A stretch of DNA of 64,000 nucleotides, from positions 24,263 through 88,262 of IMG/VR virus record IMGVR_UViG_3300045988_009865; one strand, given 5' to 3'. Of this stretch, positions 16,345 to 26,773 are shown piece after piece; positions within the stretch are counted from its first letter, which is position 1; each line of letters opens with the position of its first letter. The position numbers were made by a program, and so were the translations under genes. The stretch is from a virus. Its lineage: Duplodnaviria; Heunggongvirae; Uroviricota; Caudoviricetes. The notes beneath the pieces were generated by a model. The model searched no databases. It saw nothing but the letters and a program-made list of their open reading frames with translations, and was not told the origin of the DNA.

Positions 16345-16516
16345 TGTCTCTGCTTATGGCATCACCATGTAACTTATAGACTTTGCAATCTTGCATCTCT
16401 GGTGGGAAGCTATAAGAAGCGTTTTTGTCCTCGTAAGAGGGATTACAGCCAGATAGAAAGATAACACTAAGCACAATTACTGCTTTCCACATAATACTTC
16501 TCCTATTACTGTTCAC
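16256..16516 (-). CDS. putative lipoprotein
   Basis: 86 aa; signal sequence with lipobox FLSGC. Confidence 0.4.
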   Translation of the reverse strand: MNSNRRSIMWKAVIVLSVIFLSGCNPSYEDKNASYSFPPEMQDCKVYKLHGDAISRDIVVVRCPNSQTTTSYSYGKNGQSHTTVIE

Positions 16517-16661
16517 GATGTTCTACTTCTCTGTACGTTCGTCGATAGTTTATAATAAGCTGTGCTAACTCGTTGCTTTTAACATCTGAACGTAGGAGTT
16601 GCCAATCAAAACCTTTACCGACTCTTCCATATAAACTAAAGAATTTTACTTTGCGTTTCAT
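16506..16661 (-). CDS. small basic protein (51 aa, not in ORF track)
   Basis: ATG at 16659-16661 (minus) preceded by ggaga RBS; leader nearly identical to the one upstream of 16891. Confidence 0.3.
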   Translation of the reverse strand: MKRKVKFFSLYGRVGKGFDWQLLRSDVKSNELAQLIINYRRTYREVEHREQ

Positions 16662-16678
16662 TTTGGTATCTCCAATAC

Positions 16679-16891
16679 TCAGATGTCAATGCTAATACGT
16701 TCACCCTTAAGGACTCCTGTACGGTCCCTTGCAATCTTACCGTCAACAATAAGGATATGTGCAGACCTTAAAGATTCGCCATTAAAAGCTTTTACGAACT
16801 TACAAGGCATTACCACAATAGACATCTCCTGAATCAACTCTGGAGTATAGCAATTGTCGTGAAGTTGCTGAATAACGTCTGCAAGTGTCAT
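16679..16891 (-). CDS. hypothetical protein
   Basis: ORF-track start at 16906 is TTG; ATG at 16889-16891 with ggaga RBS is more likely. Confidence 0.4.
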   Translation of the reverse strand: MTLADVIQQLHDNCYTPELIQEMSIVVMPCKFVKAFNGESLRSAHILIVDGKIARDRTGVLKGERISIDI

Positions 16892-17097
16892 TTTTGATGT
16901 CTCCAATACTCAATGTCAATAAGTTCTTGTGCAATGCTTTTCAGATTGCCTTTCAAGAAAACCTTCTCAGAACCTGAAAGAGATGAATTGTCAATTAGCC
17001 TGTTCATTCTCTCAAACAACTTCTGCTTACGATTCTTGATAGTCTCCTTTGAAGCACCTTTCATCATCGCTGCATGGGTTCTTCCACGGTGGCTCAT
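16888..17097 (-). CDS. hypothetical protein
   Basis: 69 aa; ggaggg RBS upstream. Confidence 0.4.
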   Translation of the reverse strand: MSHRGRTHAAMMKGASKETIKNRKQKLFERMNRLIDNSSLSGSEKVFLKGNLKSIAQELIDIEYWRHQK

Positions 17098-17158
17098 AAG
17101 CCCTCCTATATAAGATATTGTATAAGGTACTCTTCCATGAGCACCTTGTCAATACTAA

Positions 17159-19888
17159 TTAGTGTACTTCAAGCCAGCTTTTACCAACCTTACCAGTACC
17201 TGTAACAAGTGTTTCTTTCTTAAGACCTAAGTTTTTAGAAGCTTGTCCATAATACCAGTCAGTAACTGCTTTCACATCTGCCGTCATACTTTCTGGACAT
17301 TCCCAACTCGTCTCATCGTGATATGCGCAGAGCAAACGAGCACCAATAGCTGGTTGACGACCATTCAACTTCATCAAACCTTCGTCAATCATACGACGGC
17401 AAGCAAGGTTAATTGCCTCATTCTGAATTTGAGCCTCTGAACCCATCAAAAGATAGTTCAACAGTTTGTGTGGAGATTTACACCACAACCAAGCTCCAGC
17501 AACCTTTACAAAACCCCCTTTAGAGATTGCAGCAGTCTTACCAAACACCTCTTCAAGTGCTTTTTTAGTTGCTTTGTAGTCAGCTTCCAAGTCATCAAGT
17601 AGCTTCTTAATCTTAGGCAAACGAATAAAGTAAGTCTGTTTAGTTAGTGCACCTTCCTGAGTAGTTGCAGCTTTAATCGTCTTAGCAAACTTCTCATCAC
17701 CTGCACCGAACAGTAGTGCATAGATACCATTCTTAGCTTTCTTACGACCCTTGCTAATCTCATGAAGAAGGTTCTCATCCTGAGTAGCTCGACAAGTCAA
17801 GATATCCTGCTCATCATTCAAGCTAAAGTAAATACTGTTCAGTGTGTGTGCATCAGTCCCTGAATAGACAACGTAAAGGTCATTCTCAGAGTCATAGCGT
17901 AGGTACTTATCAACCTCTGGATTGAGGTACTCATCAAAGTGTTTGCAGTAATAGCGTCCATCTTCTTGACGAATAAACTCAATCTCTTCTTTACCTTGCG
18001 TTACCGCTTTGGTGAAGTCTTTGTCACCCATAAAGTTACAAAGAAGGACTAGCTGGGCTGAGTTCATGTCTACAGAGACAACGTTAGTACCTTCTTCACA
18101 AATCCACACTGCCCTCATTGGTTCCCCATAGACAGCAGCACCAGACGGTACGTTTACAATACCATACTGTGTCATACGTCCAGTTGAAGTACCAAATACC
18201 ATTGCACCAGCACTAAGGCGACCATCAGGACGAATCTGGTTCAGCCAACCTTTTTCATCATCCTTTGAGTTCTCAATAGTTCTGCGTCGGTGCATCAAAG
18301 TATAGTACTTAGCAATCTTCTGTCCAAGCTCACCTTCAATCGTATCATAAGATGATTCAGTAAGTTTTGGTGAAGTACGGATTAAGCAAGGCTCAAGCAA
18401 ATCTGTGTACTTCTTCACAGACCAGTTATGTTCAATGTACTGGACACCTTCATGTTCAACATAACTCAAACCACACCGTTCCACCATCTCATCCCACTTA
18501 GGATGTTTTGTAATCATCTTTTTGTTGTCTTTGAAGCGACAAACCTTAACAGGACGACCATCAGAGTCTTTCTTATAGTTCCAGTCATCTGGAATCCAAC
18601 CAACTGATTTCAAGTAGTCTTTAACAACTGCTACCTGAGTCATACGAGAAACTTCGAACTCAATTGGTGTATATGGTGCATCAATCAAACCTGTGTAGCG
18701 ACTTGACTCAAGCTCAAAGTGGTTAACAACATGGCTGTTATAGTACTTCACAGTCTTAACTGTTTTTACTGGCTTCCAGTCTTTGCACTTCTTACCAATC
18801 TTTGCATTCAACTCATTGCAAATTGCACGAGCATCCTTCATTGCTACAAAGCCTTCCTTGTACTCTTCGCCAGTTACAGAGTTGGTTGGTGTATAGCAAT
18901 TCCGCTTTTCAATGTTAAAAATCTTGGTAGTTGGTTTACCAAATGGCTTGATTTCATATGTCTGCATCTCACCGTTACGTACCTGTTGACGATACTTTGT
19001 CTTAGGGTACTTGGTAATTCTCTTCAGTCCATCTGCATGACCGAATGCTTCAACATACTCATTCCAAGCTTTTGCAAACTCTTCTCCAGTGACTTTACCT
19101 TTGGTCTTAATAGTTGGAGGAAGATGTGGTTCAACTTCTGAAGCAAGCTCATTAGTCAATTTGTCAAGTTCCTTTACATGAAACTCCATAAGCTCTTTAT
19201 CAGCTTTCCAACCATTGATAGCCTGTTGACTCATCCAGAAAGATGTTTCTTTAGCTCGCATGTAGGTTTCATAAGTGTCTATGCCACACTTCTTTAGCTT
19301 GAGATATTCATTATCCAGTGCACGTTTAGTTTTGGCGTTAATACGGATGTCTTCTACAACACGAGTGAAGATTTCTGCATTCCACACACCCCAATGTTCA
19401 ATCTCTGGTTTACGTACACCAACACGAGCACCCCATGCAGCCAATCCATGAGCACCTTTATAGCCCTTTGGAGTTGGTCTATCCATCCACTGAACACGAG
19501 ACTGGATAAGAGAATCCTGAAAGAAATTACTCCACGGCTTACACTTTGGATTATCAAAGTTCCACAAATCAGGTGCAATGTGATTGAAAACCCACCAGTC
19601 ATACCCTAAACCATTATGGATGCAAAGTCGTTTTGCCTTTAACGCAAACTCAATACCTTCACGCAAACCACCCTTAATGTACTTGGTATACTTGTGACCG
19701 AGGATAGGTTCATCTGTAAAGACCCATACAGGTGGCTCTTCATCGTCAGATTTATAGTCTGCGAAAGCCATTACGTGCACCTTAGTGAACTCAAGGAGTA
19801 AACCATCAGTTTCTGTATCACCAACTAAATGTAAGTTTTTAAAATCTACGTTTTCCATTTTTACTCCCTCTAAAATCATTAACCTCAT
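17159..19888 (-). CDS. DNA polymerase, family A, with 3'-5' exonuclease domain
   Basis: 909 aa; DTETDGL exo I motif; polymerase motifs D.NSAQL, K...LLFGAG, YHDE. Confidence 0.9.
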   Translation of the reverse strand: MRLMILEGVKMENVDFKNLHLVGDTETDGLLLEFTKVHVMAFADYKSDDEEPPVWVFTDEPILGHKYTKYIKGGLREGIEFALKAKRLCIHNGLGYDWWVFNHIAPDLWNFDNPKCKPWSNFFQDSLIQSRVQWMDRPTPKGYKGAHGLAAWGARVGVRKPEIEHWGVWNAEIFTRVVEDIRINAKTKRALDNEYLKLKKCGIDTYETYMRAKETSFWMSQQAINGWKADKELMEFHVKELDKLTNELASEVEPHLPPTIKTKGKVTGEEFAKAWNEYVEAFGHADGLKRITKYPKTKYRQQVRNGEMQTYEIKPFGKPTTKIFNIEKRNCYTPTNSVTGEEYKEGFVAMKDARAICNELNAKIGKKCKDWKPVKTVKTVKYYNSHVVNHFELESSRYTGLIDAPYTPIEFEVSRMTQVAVVKDYLKSVGWIPDDWNYKKDSDGRPVKVCRFKDNKKMITKHPKWDEMVERCGLSYVEHEGVQYIEHNWSVKKYTDLLEPCLIRTSPKLTESSYDTIEGELGQKIAKYYTLMHRRRTIENSKDDEKGWLNQIRPDGRLSAGAMVFGTSTGRMTQYGIVNVPSGAAVYGEPMRAVWICEEGTNVVSVDMNSAQLVLLCNFMGDKDFTKAVTQGKEEIEFIRQEDGRYYCKHFDEYLNPEVDKYLRYDSENDLYVVYSGTDAHTLNSIYFSLNDEQDILTCRATQDENLLHEISKGRKKAKNGIYALLFGAGDEKFAKTIKAATTQEGALTKQTYFIRLPKIKKLLDDLEADYKATKKALEEVFGKTAAISKGGFVKVAGAWLWCKSPHKLLNYLLMGSEAQIQNEAINLACRRMIDEGLMKLNGRQPAIGARLLCAYHDETSWECPESMTADVKAVTDWYYGQASKNLGLKKETLVTGTGKVGKSWLEVH

Positions 19889-20115
19889 ACATTACTGCAA
19901 AAAATTATAAAAAGCAAGTTGACAATGTACTTGACAAGGTGTTAATCTTTGCGAAGTGGGTTTTTACTTAAAAGGTTACTTAACAGTTTAACTATACAGA
20001 TACTTTAAAACTCTTAAAAGATTATTTAATAGCTTTTAAAAAGCTTTAAAGTATAACGTATAGAATACGTTAAGATAAAAGATTAAAACTTAATAGTTAC
20101 TTAAAAGAGGCTTAC
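19889..20115. promoter_or_regulatory. AT-rich divergent regulatory region
   Basis: Separates minus-strand DNA polymerase from the plus-strand block; TTGACA at 19919 and near-palindrome aaagcttttaaaaagcttt; precise promoters not resolved. Confidence 0.3.
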
Positions 20116-20538
20116 ATGCAGAAAATGTTTGTTCACCCAGACATAGCTGACTTTGTTAGAGCTTTGCAGAAGTTGGAAGAACTTGACATTGCTGCTCAAC
20201 GGGAATATGCTCACCATCACAGGAGAATGGTTGATATACAACATGAAATAGAGTTGTCTGAAAACTATGAAGATGACTTAAAATGCTCTGTATTTGAGCA
20301 TATGAAAGATGTTGCTACAGCGAGGCGTAAAGCTAAAGACACAGTTGCTTTACTAGATTCTCTTAAAAAGAGGTTGCAAAGTGGTACAGACCTGTGTAAT
20401 CTAGCGTCACTGATTAACGATGTTGAAACTTCTTGGGATAGACATTACTATCCACGTTCTGAAAAGACACTTGACTTTTCTTCATCAGAAAACTTAAAAT
20501 GTTCTAGAAAGAAACTTAACCAACTGAGAGAGAAATAA
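20116..20538 (+). CDS. hypothetical protein
   Basis: 140 aa; RBS aagagg upstream. Confidence 0.4.
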   Translation: MQKMFVHPDIADFVRALQKLEELDIAAQREYAHHHRRMVDIQHEIELSENYEDDLKCSVFEHMKDVATARRKAKDTVALLDSLKKRLQSGTDLCNLASLINDVETSWDRHYYPRSEKTLDFSSSENLKCSRKKLNQLREK

Positions 20539-20539
20539 T

Positions 20540-21340
20540 ATGAATATCGATGTAGAAAAGATGCTTGAAGAAAAAGGTGTTGACGAAGCGTTCTTAATCA
20601 ATGCCGTAGAAAGCATGGCTATGATTCTTCGTGGCAACAACTACACAGAACAGTTTATGCCTGCAAGCTATAACTTGTCTGAAGACAAGTCTGATAACGG
20701 TGCTTTTGCAGAACAGGTTAACATGATGTTGACAGACACTACACTTGCTCTGGCATCTATTGCGGTTGGTGTTGATGCACTTGCTGAGTTCATTTTTTAT
20801 GAAATGCAAAAGAATGACTATATCAGAATGTCAGACGAAGATAAGGAACTGTTGCTGACTAAGGACACTGATTTCATTATTGATACGCTTATCTCATCAA
20901 CGAGTGCTGTTATGGCTGTTCTTGAGAAGCGTATGGAAGAGAAACTTTCACGATATGAAAAACTTGATTGGGGCGTAGAAGAATTAAACCCACGAATCAA
21001 AGAGATTATCCAGCAAACTAAAGAGTCTTTGGAAGAAGCTGTTGAAAATGACTCTGTAGCTGATATTGAACCACTTCAGGTGAAAGTTGCACTGATGATT
21101 CCAGCTATCTCTACGATGATGAATATCGTTGCACTAATCCAACTGTCACAGATGATGGGTGTGAGTATTGAGTTCATTGAGGAAATGACTGGTGGCGTTA
21201 GTATGCAAGCAATCAATGATGTTTTGGTGAACATTGGTGCTTCAATCATTGAAGAGAAACTACGCATTAACTTCGGTGATGATTTTGTGAAGCAAATCTC
21301 AGCTATGGCTGAAAAAGAGTCTGCTGAGCAACTGCACTAA
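20540..21340 (+). CDS. hypothetical acidic protein
   Basis: 266 aa ORF. Confidence 0.4.
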   Translation: MNIDVEKMLEEKGVDEAFLINAVESMAMILRGNNYTEQFMPASYNLSEDKSDNGAFAEQVNMMLTDTTLALASIAVGVDALAEFIFYEMQKNDYIRMSDEDKELLLTKDTDFIIDTLISSTSAVMAVLEKRMEEKLSRYEKLDWGVEELNPRIKEIIQQTKESLEEAVENDSVADIEPLQVKVALMIPAISTMMNIVALIQLSQMMGVSIEFIEEMTGGVSMQAINDVLVNIGASIIEEKLRINFGDDFVKQISAMAEKESAEQLH

Positions 21341-21401
21341 GTCTTTATAAATCTTACAAGCCTCCTTAGTTGGGGGCTTTTTAGTAATTAAGGGAGATAA
21401 A

Positions 21402-22145
21402 ATGAGTAATATTATCGCATTTACTGGAAAGGCACGTTCTGGAAAAGACACCTCATGTTCTATTGTGAAGAACATCTTAGAGGATGAGTATGGCTACAAT
21501 GTTGCTGTAATGGCCTTTGCAGACAACCTTAAACTATCTGCATCAAAGATATTTGACTTGACTTGGAATGACCTGTACGGTGAAACTAAAGAGACTCCAC
21601 AGGTATTTGACTTATCATATCATGAACTGATGTTTAAAGTTACGGAAGCTATGGAGTTCACCTTCAGAGATGAACGTTATCATATGGACTTCAAGCTTAT
21701 GTCAGAGTTAACCGGACGATTAATCATGGAGCTTAAGAAGGTTGCTAAACCTACCATACTAACACGTCTGGGATTTAGTAAAAAGTATAAATTCTCATCA
21801 AGACAAATTCAACAAATTTGGGGTACTGAAGTTGTCCGTAAGGTAATGGGCGACAAGTTCTGGTCTAAAGACCTTGAAAAAAGAATGGTTAGATTCCATG
21901 AAATGTGCTCACTTAGAAATCAGTATGGTTTTGTCTTAATCAGTGATTTAAGATTTGACTCTGAAGCTGAATGGCTGAGTAGATTTGCACACCAAACTAT
22001 TGAAGTAAAAAGAGACAATGTGGACAAAGTTTCATCACATGTTTCAGAAAATGGGATTTCTACAAAATATGAGCGTGACATTATTCATAATAATGGTACT
22101 CTTGCAGACCTTGAGAACAAGCTAAGAGCCATCATTAAAGTTTAA
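21402..22145 (+). CDS. deoxynucleoside monophosphate kinase-like P-loop kinase
   Basis: 247 aa; N-terminal IIAFTGKARSGKDT P-loop, resembling the T4 gp1 N-terminus. Confidence 0.55.
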   Translation: MSNIIAFTGKARSGKDTSCSIVKNILEDEYGYNVAVMAFADNLKLSASKIFDLTWNDLYGETKETPQVFDLSYHELMFKVTEAMEFTFRDERYHMDFKLMSELTGRLIMELKKVAKPTILTRLGFSKKYKFSSRQIQQIWGTEVVRKVMGDKFWSKDLEKRMVRFHEMCSLRNQYGFVLISDLRFDSEAEWLSRFAHQTIEVKRDNVDKVSSHVSENGISTKYERDIIHNNGTLADLENKLRAIIKV

Positions 22146-22153
22146 AAGAGAGA

Positions 22154-22354
22154 ATGAAGATGAGAGTAAAAGACAATTTTAAAGTTATTGACCACCGTTT
22201 AGTGGAACTCTCATCTCTTTCCAATGAGGTAATGATTGAACGTCTTAAGAGAGTTGAATCACGAAGGAAAGAGATTGCAGATGAAATTCATGAACTGGAC
22301 AAGATTGAAAATGGATTGAAGGCAGAACTACAACGAAGAGGTGCTAATGTCTAA
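22154..22354 (+). CDS. hypothetical small protein
   Basis: 66 aa. Confidence 0.3.
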   Translation: MKMRVKDNFKVIDHRLVELSSLSNEVMIERLKRVESRRKEIADEIHELDKIENGLKAELQRRGANV

Positions 22355-24332
22355 AGGTCGTAAATTGAAAGAGGCTGGTCAGTTTGTTGGTCATTGCGCA
22401 TGTCCACGTTGTGGTTCATCAGATGCTGGTTCAATCTATCATCATGACGATGATTCTTATTCAATGACTTGCTTTAGTTGTAACAAAGGTTTCCCAGAGT
22501 GGGATTTTGATAAAGGACAAATCGTGAGCACTTATTCTACTGGTTCAGACAATAAAAACCGTACTTTCCGTGGAATGGATTTAGACGATGTGAAAGAAAA
22601 CCTTGAAGCAATGGACTTGAAAGACAGGAAGATTCCTGCAAAAGTTCTTGAGCGTTTGGGTATTAAGGTTGACATTGACAGTGATGGTGAAATTGATGCG
22701 CATTTCTATCCAACTTACAAACGTAATGAAGATGGTAAGCTAGAGCACGTTGGCTACCGTGTTCGTCACCGTTACCCAGAAGACCATCCAAAAGAACACC
22801 TACGAGGTAAGCTAAAAGACTTCTCAGGCGGTGTTGGAGACATTAAAGGTGAACTGGCGATGTTCGGTTCATGGATTGCTCCAGAAGGTGGTAACCGTCT
22901 ATTCATCTGGGAAGGTGAGATGGAATGTGCGACAGCAATCTACATGACTTCTTTGGCGATTAAAGATAAATCTCGTCGTAAGAATTACTGTCACGTATCT
23001 GTTCCATCAGGCGCAAACATTAAATCTATCAAAGACAACTATCAGTACATCACATCATTTGATGAGATTTACTTGTGCTTTGATAACGATGAAGCTGGTG
23101 CTAAAGCTACCAAAGAGGCTGCTGGTATCCTACCTATTGAGAAGGTTCGTTTATTCCAGTATCCAGAAGGTGTAAAAGACCTTAATGAATGGTGGACAAA
23201 GTTCTATAAAGAGAAAGACACAGTTCTGGAAGGATTTAAGCAGCGTATCTACAATGCACCTCGTTACTGCCCTGCTGGTATCAAGAACTTTGCAGACGGT
23301 TTTGAGGCAATGAAGAATCGTGGTCAGATTCCATTGATTCCTTTCCCAGAGTCTTTCGGGGATTTGAACAGGCTGACTTATGGTGGTTATGGTTTAGGTG
23401 AGATTACAACTATTGCAGCACCATCTTCAGTAGGTAAGTCAGCTTACACTCGTGAGATGATTTATTCAGCTTGGAAAGAAACTGATTACAATATCGGTGT
23501 AATTCCTGTAGAAGATACCTATGAAGAGTTGATGGAGATGCTCTGTGCAATTCACCTAAGCAAGCAGATTTCTGAGATTCCTTATGATGAACGGGATTGG
23601 GATGAACTAAAAGGAGCACACGCAGAACTATCTAAAGGTCGTCGTATCCATATCGTTGACCATCAAGGGGCAATTGACCAAGATAACCTGCTAGAGTTTG
23701 TTGACTATCTTGTTAATAGTTTAGACTGTAAGATTATCATCCTTGACCCTATTACGTTGGCTCTGTCACGTTCAGATACGGATGAAGAGGAAGTTTTGTC
23801 TGAGCTATTGCGTCGTTGCAAACGCTACCAGTATGCGCAGGTAAACGTGTGTCACGTTCGTAAGAGTGCAGGTGGTCAGAAAGCCAACTCTGAAGGTGGA
23901 GATATCTCTGAAGAGGATATTAAGGGTTCTGGTGCATACTTCCAGATTTCCATGAATAATATTTTGTTAATGCGTAACAAGGTTGACCCAGACCCTGTTA
24001 AGAAAAACTTGACAAAAATCAAGTTAACTAAATGTCGTCGTCATGGTAAGTCAACAGGTATTGCTGGTCATACTTGGTACAATCCAGATACAGGACGTCT
24101 TATCAAAGCTTCTGGATGTGGTGTTGATATTGATGGTGCAGCAGAAAATATTCGTCAACAGTTTGGTATTGGTGAAGCTGAAGACCATTACGATGACTCT
24201 TTACCTCATTATGAGGATGAAGTGTTTGACCGTGAGACTGGTGAAGTCTATACTGAAGAACAACGTCAAAGCTCAACAATTCCACCTGTATTAAGTGAGG
24301 ATGCAGATGACTGCCCGTTTGAAACTGAGTGA
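22341..24332 (+). CDS. DNA primase-helicase (zinc finger, TOPRIM, DnaB-like helicase)
   Basis: 663 aa; CPRCGSSD...CFSCNKG zinc ribbon; E...DNDEAG TOPRIM; Walker A AAPSSVGKS. Confidence 0.85.
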   Translation: MLMSKGRKLKEAGQFVGHCACPRCGSSDAGSIYHHDDDSYSMTCFSCNKGFPEWDFDKGQIVSTYSTGSDNKNRTFRGMDLDDVKENLEAMDLKDRKIPAKVLERLGIKVDIDSDGEIDAHFYPTYKRNEDGKLEHVGYRVRHRYPEDHPKEHLRGKLKDFSGGVGDIKGELAMFGSWIAPEGGNRLFIWEGEMECATAIYMTSLAIKDKSRRKNYCHVSVPSGANIKSIKDNYQYITSFDEIYLCFDNDEAGAKATKEAAGILPIEKVRLFQYPEGVKDLNEWWTKFYKEKDTVLEGFKQRIYNAPRYCPAGIKNFADGFEAMKNRGQIPLIPFPESFGDLNRLTYGGYGLGEITTIAAPSSVGKSAYTREMIYSAWKETDYNIGVIPVEDTYEELMEMLCAIHLSKQISEIPYDERDWDELKGAHAELSKGRRIHIVDHQGAIDQDNLLEFVDYLVNSLDCKIIILDPITLALSRSDTDEEEVLSELLRRCKRYQYAQVNVCHVRKSAGGQKANSEGGDISEEDIKGSGAYFQISMNNILLMRNKVDPDPVKKNLTKIKLTKCRRHGKSTGIAGHTWYNPDTGRLIKASGCGVDIDGAAENIRQQFGIGEAEDHYDDSLPHYEDEVFDRETGEVYTEEQRQSSTIPPVLSEDADDCPFETE

Positions 24333-24588
24333 TAGTTATAAAAGAGAGGGGTTCATACCCTTCTTTGAAGAAAAAAGTTTAAATGAATTTCAGGAAGAGT
24401 GTTTGACAAAGGTTGATAGGTTCTATAGAATGCTCTACATGAAATGTGATGGAGGCGTTGAGGTAGAAGAAAAGTTCCATCACAGTATGATAACAGTCAC
24501 TATTACTATACCTCGACATAATATTGGTTGGTTGTTTATAATTAAAGAAAATGTGTTTGAATATCAAGTATATCGGAGAATATCATGA
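24295..24588 (+). CDS. hypothetical protein
   Basis: 97 aa ORF overlapping the primase 3' end. Confidence 0.25.
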   Translation: MRMQMTARLKLSDSYKREGFIPFFEEKSLNEFQEECLTKVDRFYRMLYMKCDGGVEVEEKFHHSMITVTITIPRHNIGWLFIIKENVFEYQVYRRIS

Positions 24589-24734
24589 AACACTCTAAAG
24601 CATTTGAAAAAGTTTTTGGGGATTCCTTAAAAGCCACTGCTGGTAAACCAGCAAAATACTATGAAGAGAAGCGTGTAAGAACTGGAAAAACTGCACGTAA
24701 AGCAGCTTCTAAAGATAAGCACAACTTCCAGTAA
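24585..24734 (+). CDS. small basic protein (49 aa, not in ORF track)
   Basis: ATG 24585 with ggag RBS, ATGA overlap with upstream stop; K/R-rich. Confidence 0.25.
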   Translation: MKHSKAFEKVFGDSLKATAGKPAKYYEEKRVRTGKTARKAASKDKHNFQ

Positions 24735-24741
24735 TTAATGT

Positions 24742-24770
24742 TTGACAATAGAGTATCAACAAATTAGAAT
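24742..24770 (+). promoter_or_regulatory. sigma70-like promoter (TTGACA-17-TAGAAT)
   Basis: -35 ttgaca 24742-24747, 17-nt spacer, -10 tagaat 24765-24770, about 35 nt upstream of 24807. Confidence 0.55.
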
Positions 24771-24806
24771 TGGTACTCTTCATAAATTGAGATAGAGGTT
24801 TAAATA

Positions 24807-25664
24807 ATGTCTAAAGTTGTTAAAATGAAAGCTCCGGTAGAGAAGTACAACGGTACTGAACGTCAAACTCTGCGTTACCTGCTGAAAGATGTCTGGTTTT
24901 ATTACCTGAATACTTCACCACGTCCGGGAAAAGGTAAATCTATCGATAAGAAATTCCCAGGCAAAGACTGTAACTACAGTGTTTCAATTCTGGCAGAAGA
25001 TGGTAACAAACTGTTTAAAGAGTTTACTAAGTCTAAGAAAAACCCAGAAGGTTGGGATAAAGTTACTACTGAAGCAGTTGATGCAGATGACTTCGAAGAG
25101 AAGTTTGGTTGCAAACCACCATTTGAAGCAGACACTTACTACATCTTGAAAGTAAGTCGTGCAGCAGCTTATAAGGATGGTGCTGTGTGGACAGCTAAAC
25201 AGTCATTCCCTGTAATGCTGATTGAAGAAGTAAACGGTAAGCGTGTAGCTGTTAAACAGCCGATGAAGAAAATCAAAGCTCAAGCATCTGACAAACATGA
25301 AGATGACAAGAACTATGATGTAATTCATCCAGATATTGCAGTTGGTAACGGTTCTTTTGGTAGTGTGATTCTTTCTACTCACTTCTACACTTTTGAGAAC
25401 AATGTTCTGACAAAACCTATTCAGGAACAGTTTATCATTGATACCCTTGTACCTTACACTGGTGGTAACGGTGCTAACGGCGAACCTGAACTGGATGAAG
25501 ATGAACTGGCTATGCTTGGTCTTGATGGTGTTGAAGATAATGGTGAAATCACTGAAGAAGACGCAACAGACCACAAACCTTCGAATAATTCTGATGATGG
25601 TGACGATGAAGACTTGCCAGACCCAGATGACGAAGAAGATGAAGACTTCGATACAGAAGACTAA
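24807..25664 (+). CDS. putative single-stranded DNA-binding protein
   Basis: 285 aa; extremely acidic C-terminal tail (DDGDDEDLPDPDDEEDEDFDTED) typical of phage SSBs; position after primase-helicase. Confidence 0.4.
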   Translation: MSKVVKMKAPVEKYNGTERQTLRYLLKDVWFYYLNTSPRPGKGKSIDKKFPGKDCNYSVSILAEDGNKLFKEFTKSKKNPEGWDKVTTEAVDADDFEEKFGCKPPFEADTYYILKVSRAAAYKDGAVWTAKQSFPVMLIEEVNGKRVAVKQPMKKIKAQASDKHEDDKNYDVIHPDIAVGNGSFGSVILSTHFYTFENNVLTKPIQEQFIIDTLVPYTGGNGANGEPELDEDELAMLGLDGVEDNGEITEEDATDHKPSNNSDDGDDEDLPDPDDEEDEDFDTED

Positions 25665-25682
25665 TCTCTAAAAGTTACTTTA

Positions 25683-25710
25683 AAGCCCTGTACTTAGTAT
25701 GGGGCTTTTT
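25683..25710 (+). terminator. possible intrinsic terminator
   Basis: aagccc ... gggctt stem with long loop then ttt. Confidence 0.35.
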
Positions 25711-25726
25711 CATATGGAGAGTCACA

Positions 25727-26773
25727 ATGGAGAAGTACACATTAAAAAAACTTCCCGATTCAGTTACACATGTCTTTATTGACTCTGATAGTATTGCCTA
25801 TAAAGGTGCTTGTGTAGTTGAGAAAGCAAAATATAAATATGTCAATAAACTCACAGCAGAAGAATCTGAACCATTTGATAATGCAAAAGATGCTGCAAGA
25901 TGGTTAGCAGACCAGAGAATCCTTGTAGAAGAGCTTGGCCTAGCATTTGATGAAGATGAATGGGACAGACAGACTTGGAAAGAAGCTAAGAGTGAAAAAG
26001 AAGCTATCATGGCTACTCAGCAGGTTCTTCAGGAATGGCTTAAGGTTGTTGGTAAAGAAAGAACTTGGGTAGGTTACTTAACAGAGAAGGGTGTACATAA
26101 ACATAAAGACGTTAAAGGTCTTGAGCACCAATATCAAGGTAACCGTAAAGATGCTGTCACACCAACACACTTAGTTGCTTGTCGTGAATATCTTTTATCC
26201 AGACCAGAGTTCAAACTCTTAAGGGGCGGCTTCGAAGCCGATTCAATTGTAATTGCTAAAGCTGAAAAGATGGGTAAGAAAGCTGCTCTTATGAGTATTG
26301 ACAAAGACCTTCGACAAGCTGAAGGGACTTATTGTATTGATATGACTTATGAAAAGTCACCACTAATTTTTATTGCTGATAATAACGTTGGTAATATCTG
26401 GGATTGTCCTATTAAATCAAAACCAAAAGCTGCAAAAACAGTTGGCGTAGGTTTTAAATTTTTGTGTTATCAGGCTGTTGCTGGAGATAATGCAGACAAC
26501 TACTTCGGCCTTAAAGGTGCTGGAAAAGTAGCTGTGATGAATGCTTTAGATGGTAAAGAGACTTATAAAGAATGTCTTGATGCTATCTATGAACTCTATG
26601 CTAAAAAAGACTCTTATACCTATGTGTCATGGGATGGACAGACTGTCACAAAGACACCATTAGAGTTAATGGAACAACATTTCTTCCTAGCTTATCAAGA
26701 GCGAAATAAATCAGATATTTTTTCATTTGAAAAGTATGGTTGGACTCCAAATGTTGACTCAGCAGACACTTAA
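25727..26773 (+). CDS. 5'-3' exonuclease / flap endonuclease (RNase H-like)
   Basis: 348 aa; SIDKDLRQ (GDKD..Q-type) motif and FGLKGAGKVAV H3TH-like motif. Confidence 0.55.
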   Translation: MEKYTLKKLPDSVTHVFIDSDSIAYKGACVVEKAKYKYVNKLTAEESEPFDNAKDAARWLADQRILVEELGLAFDEDEWDRQTWKEAKSEKEAIMATQQVLQEWLKVVGKERTWVGYLTEKGVHKHKDVKGLEHQYQGNRKDAVTPTHLVACREYLLSRPEFKLLRGGFEADSIVIAKAEKMGKKAALMSIDKDLRQAEGTYCIDMTYEKSPLIFIADNNVGNIWDCPIKSKPKAAKTVGVGFKFLCYQAVAGDNADNYFGLKGAGKVAVMNALDGKETYKECLDAIYELYAKKDSYTYVSWDGQTVTKTPLELMEQHFFLAYQERNKSDIFSFEKYGWTPNVDSADT

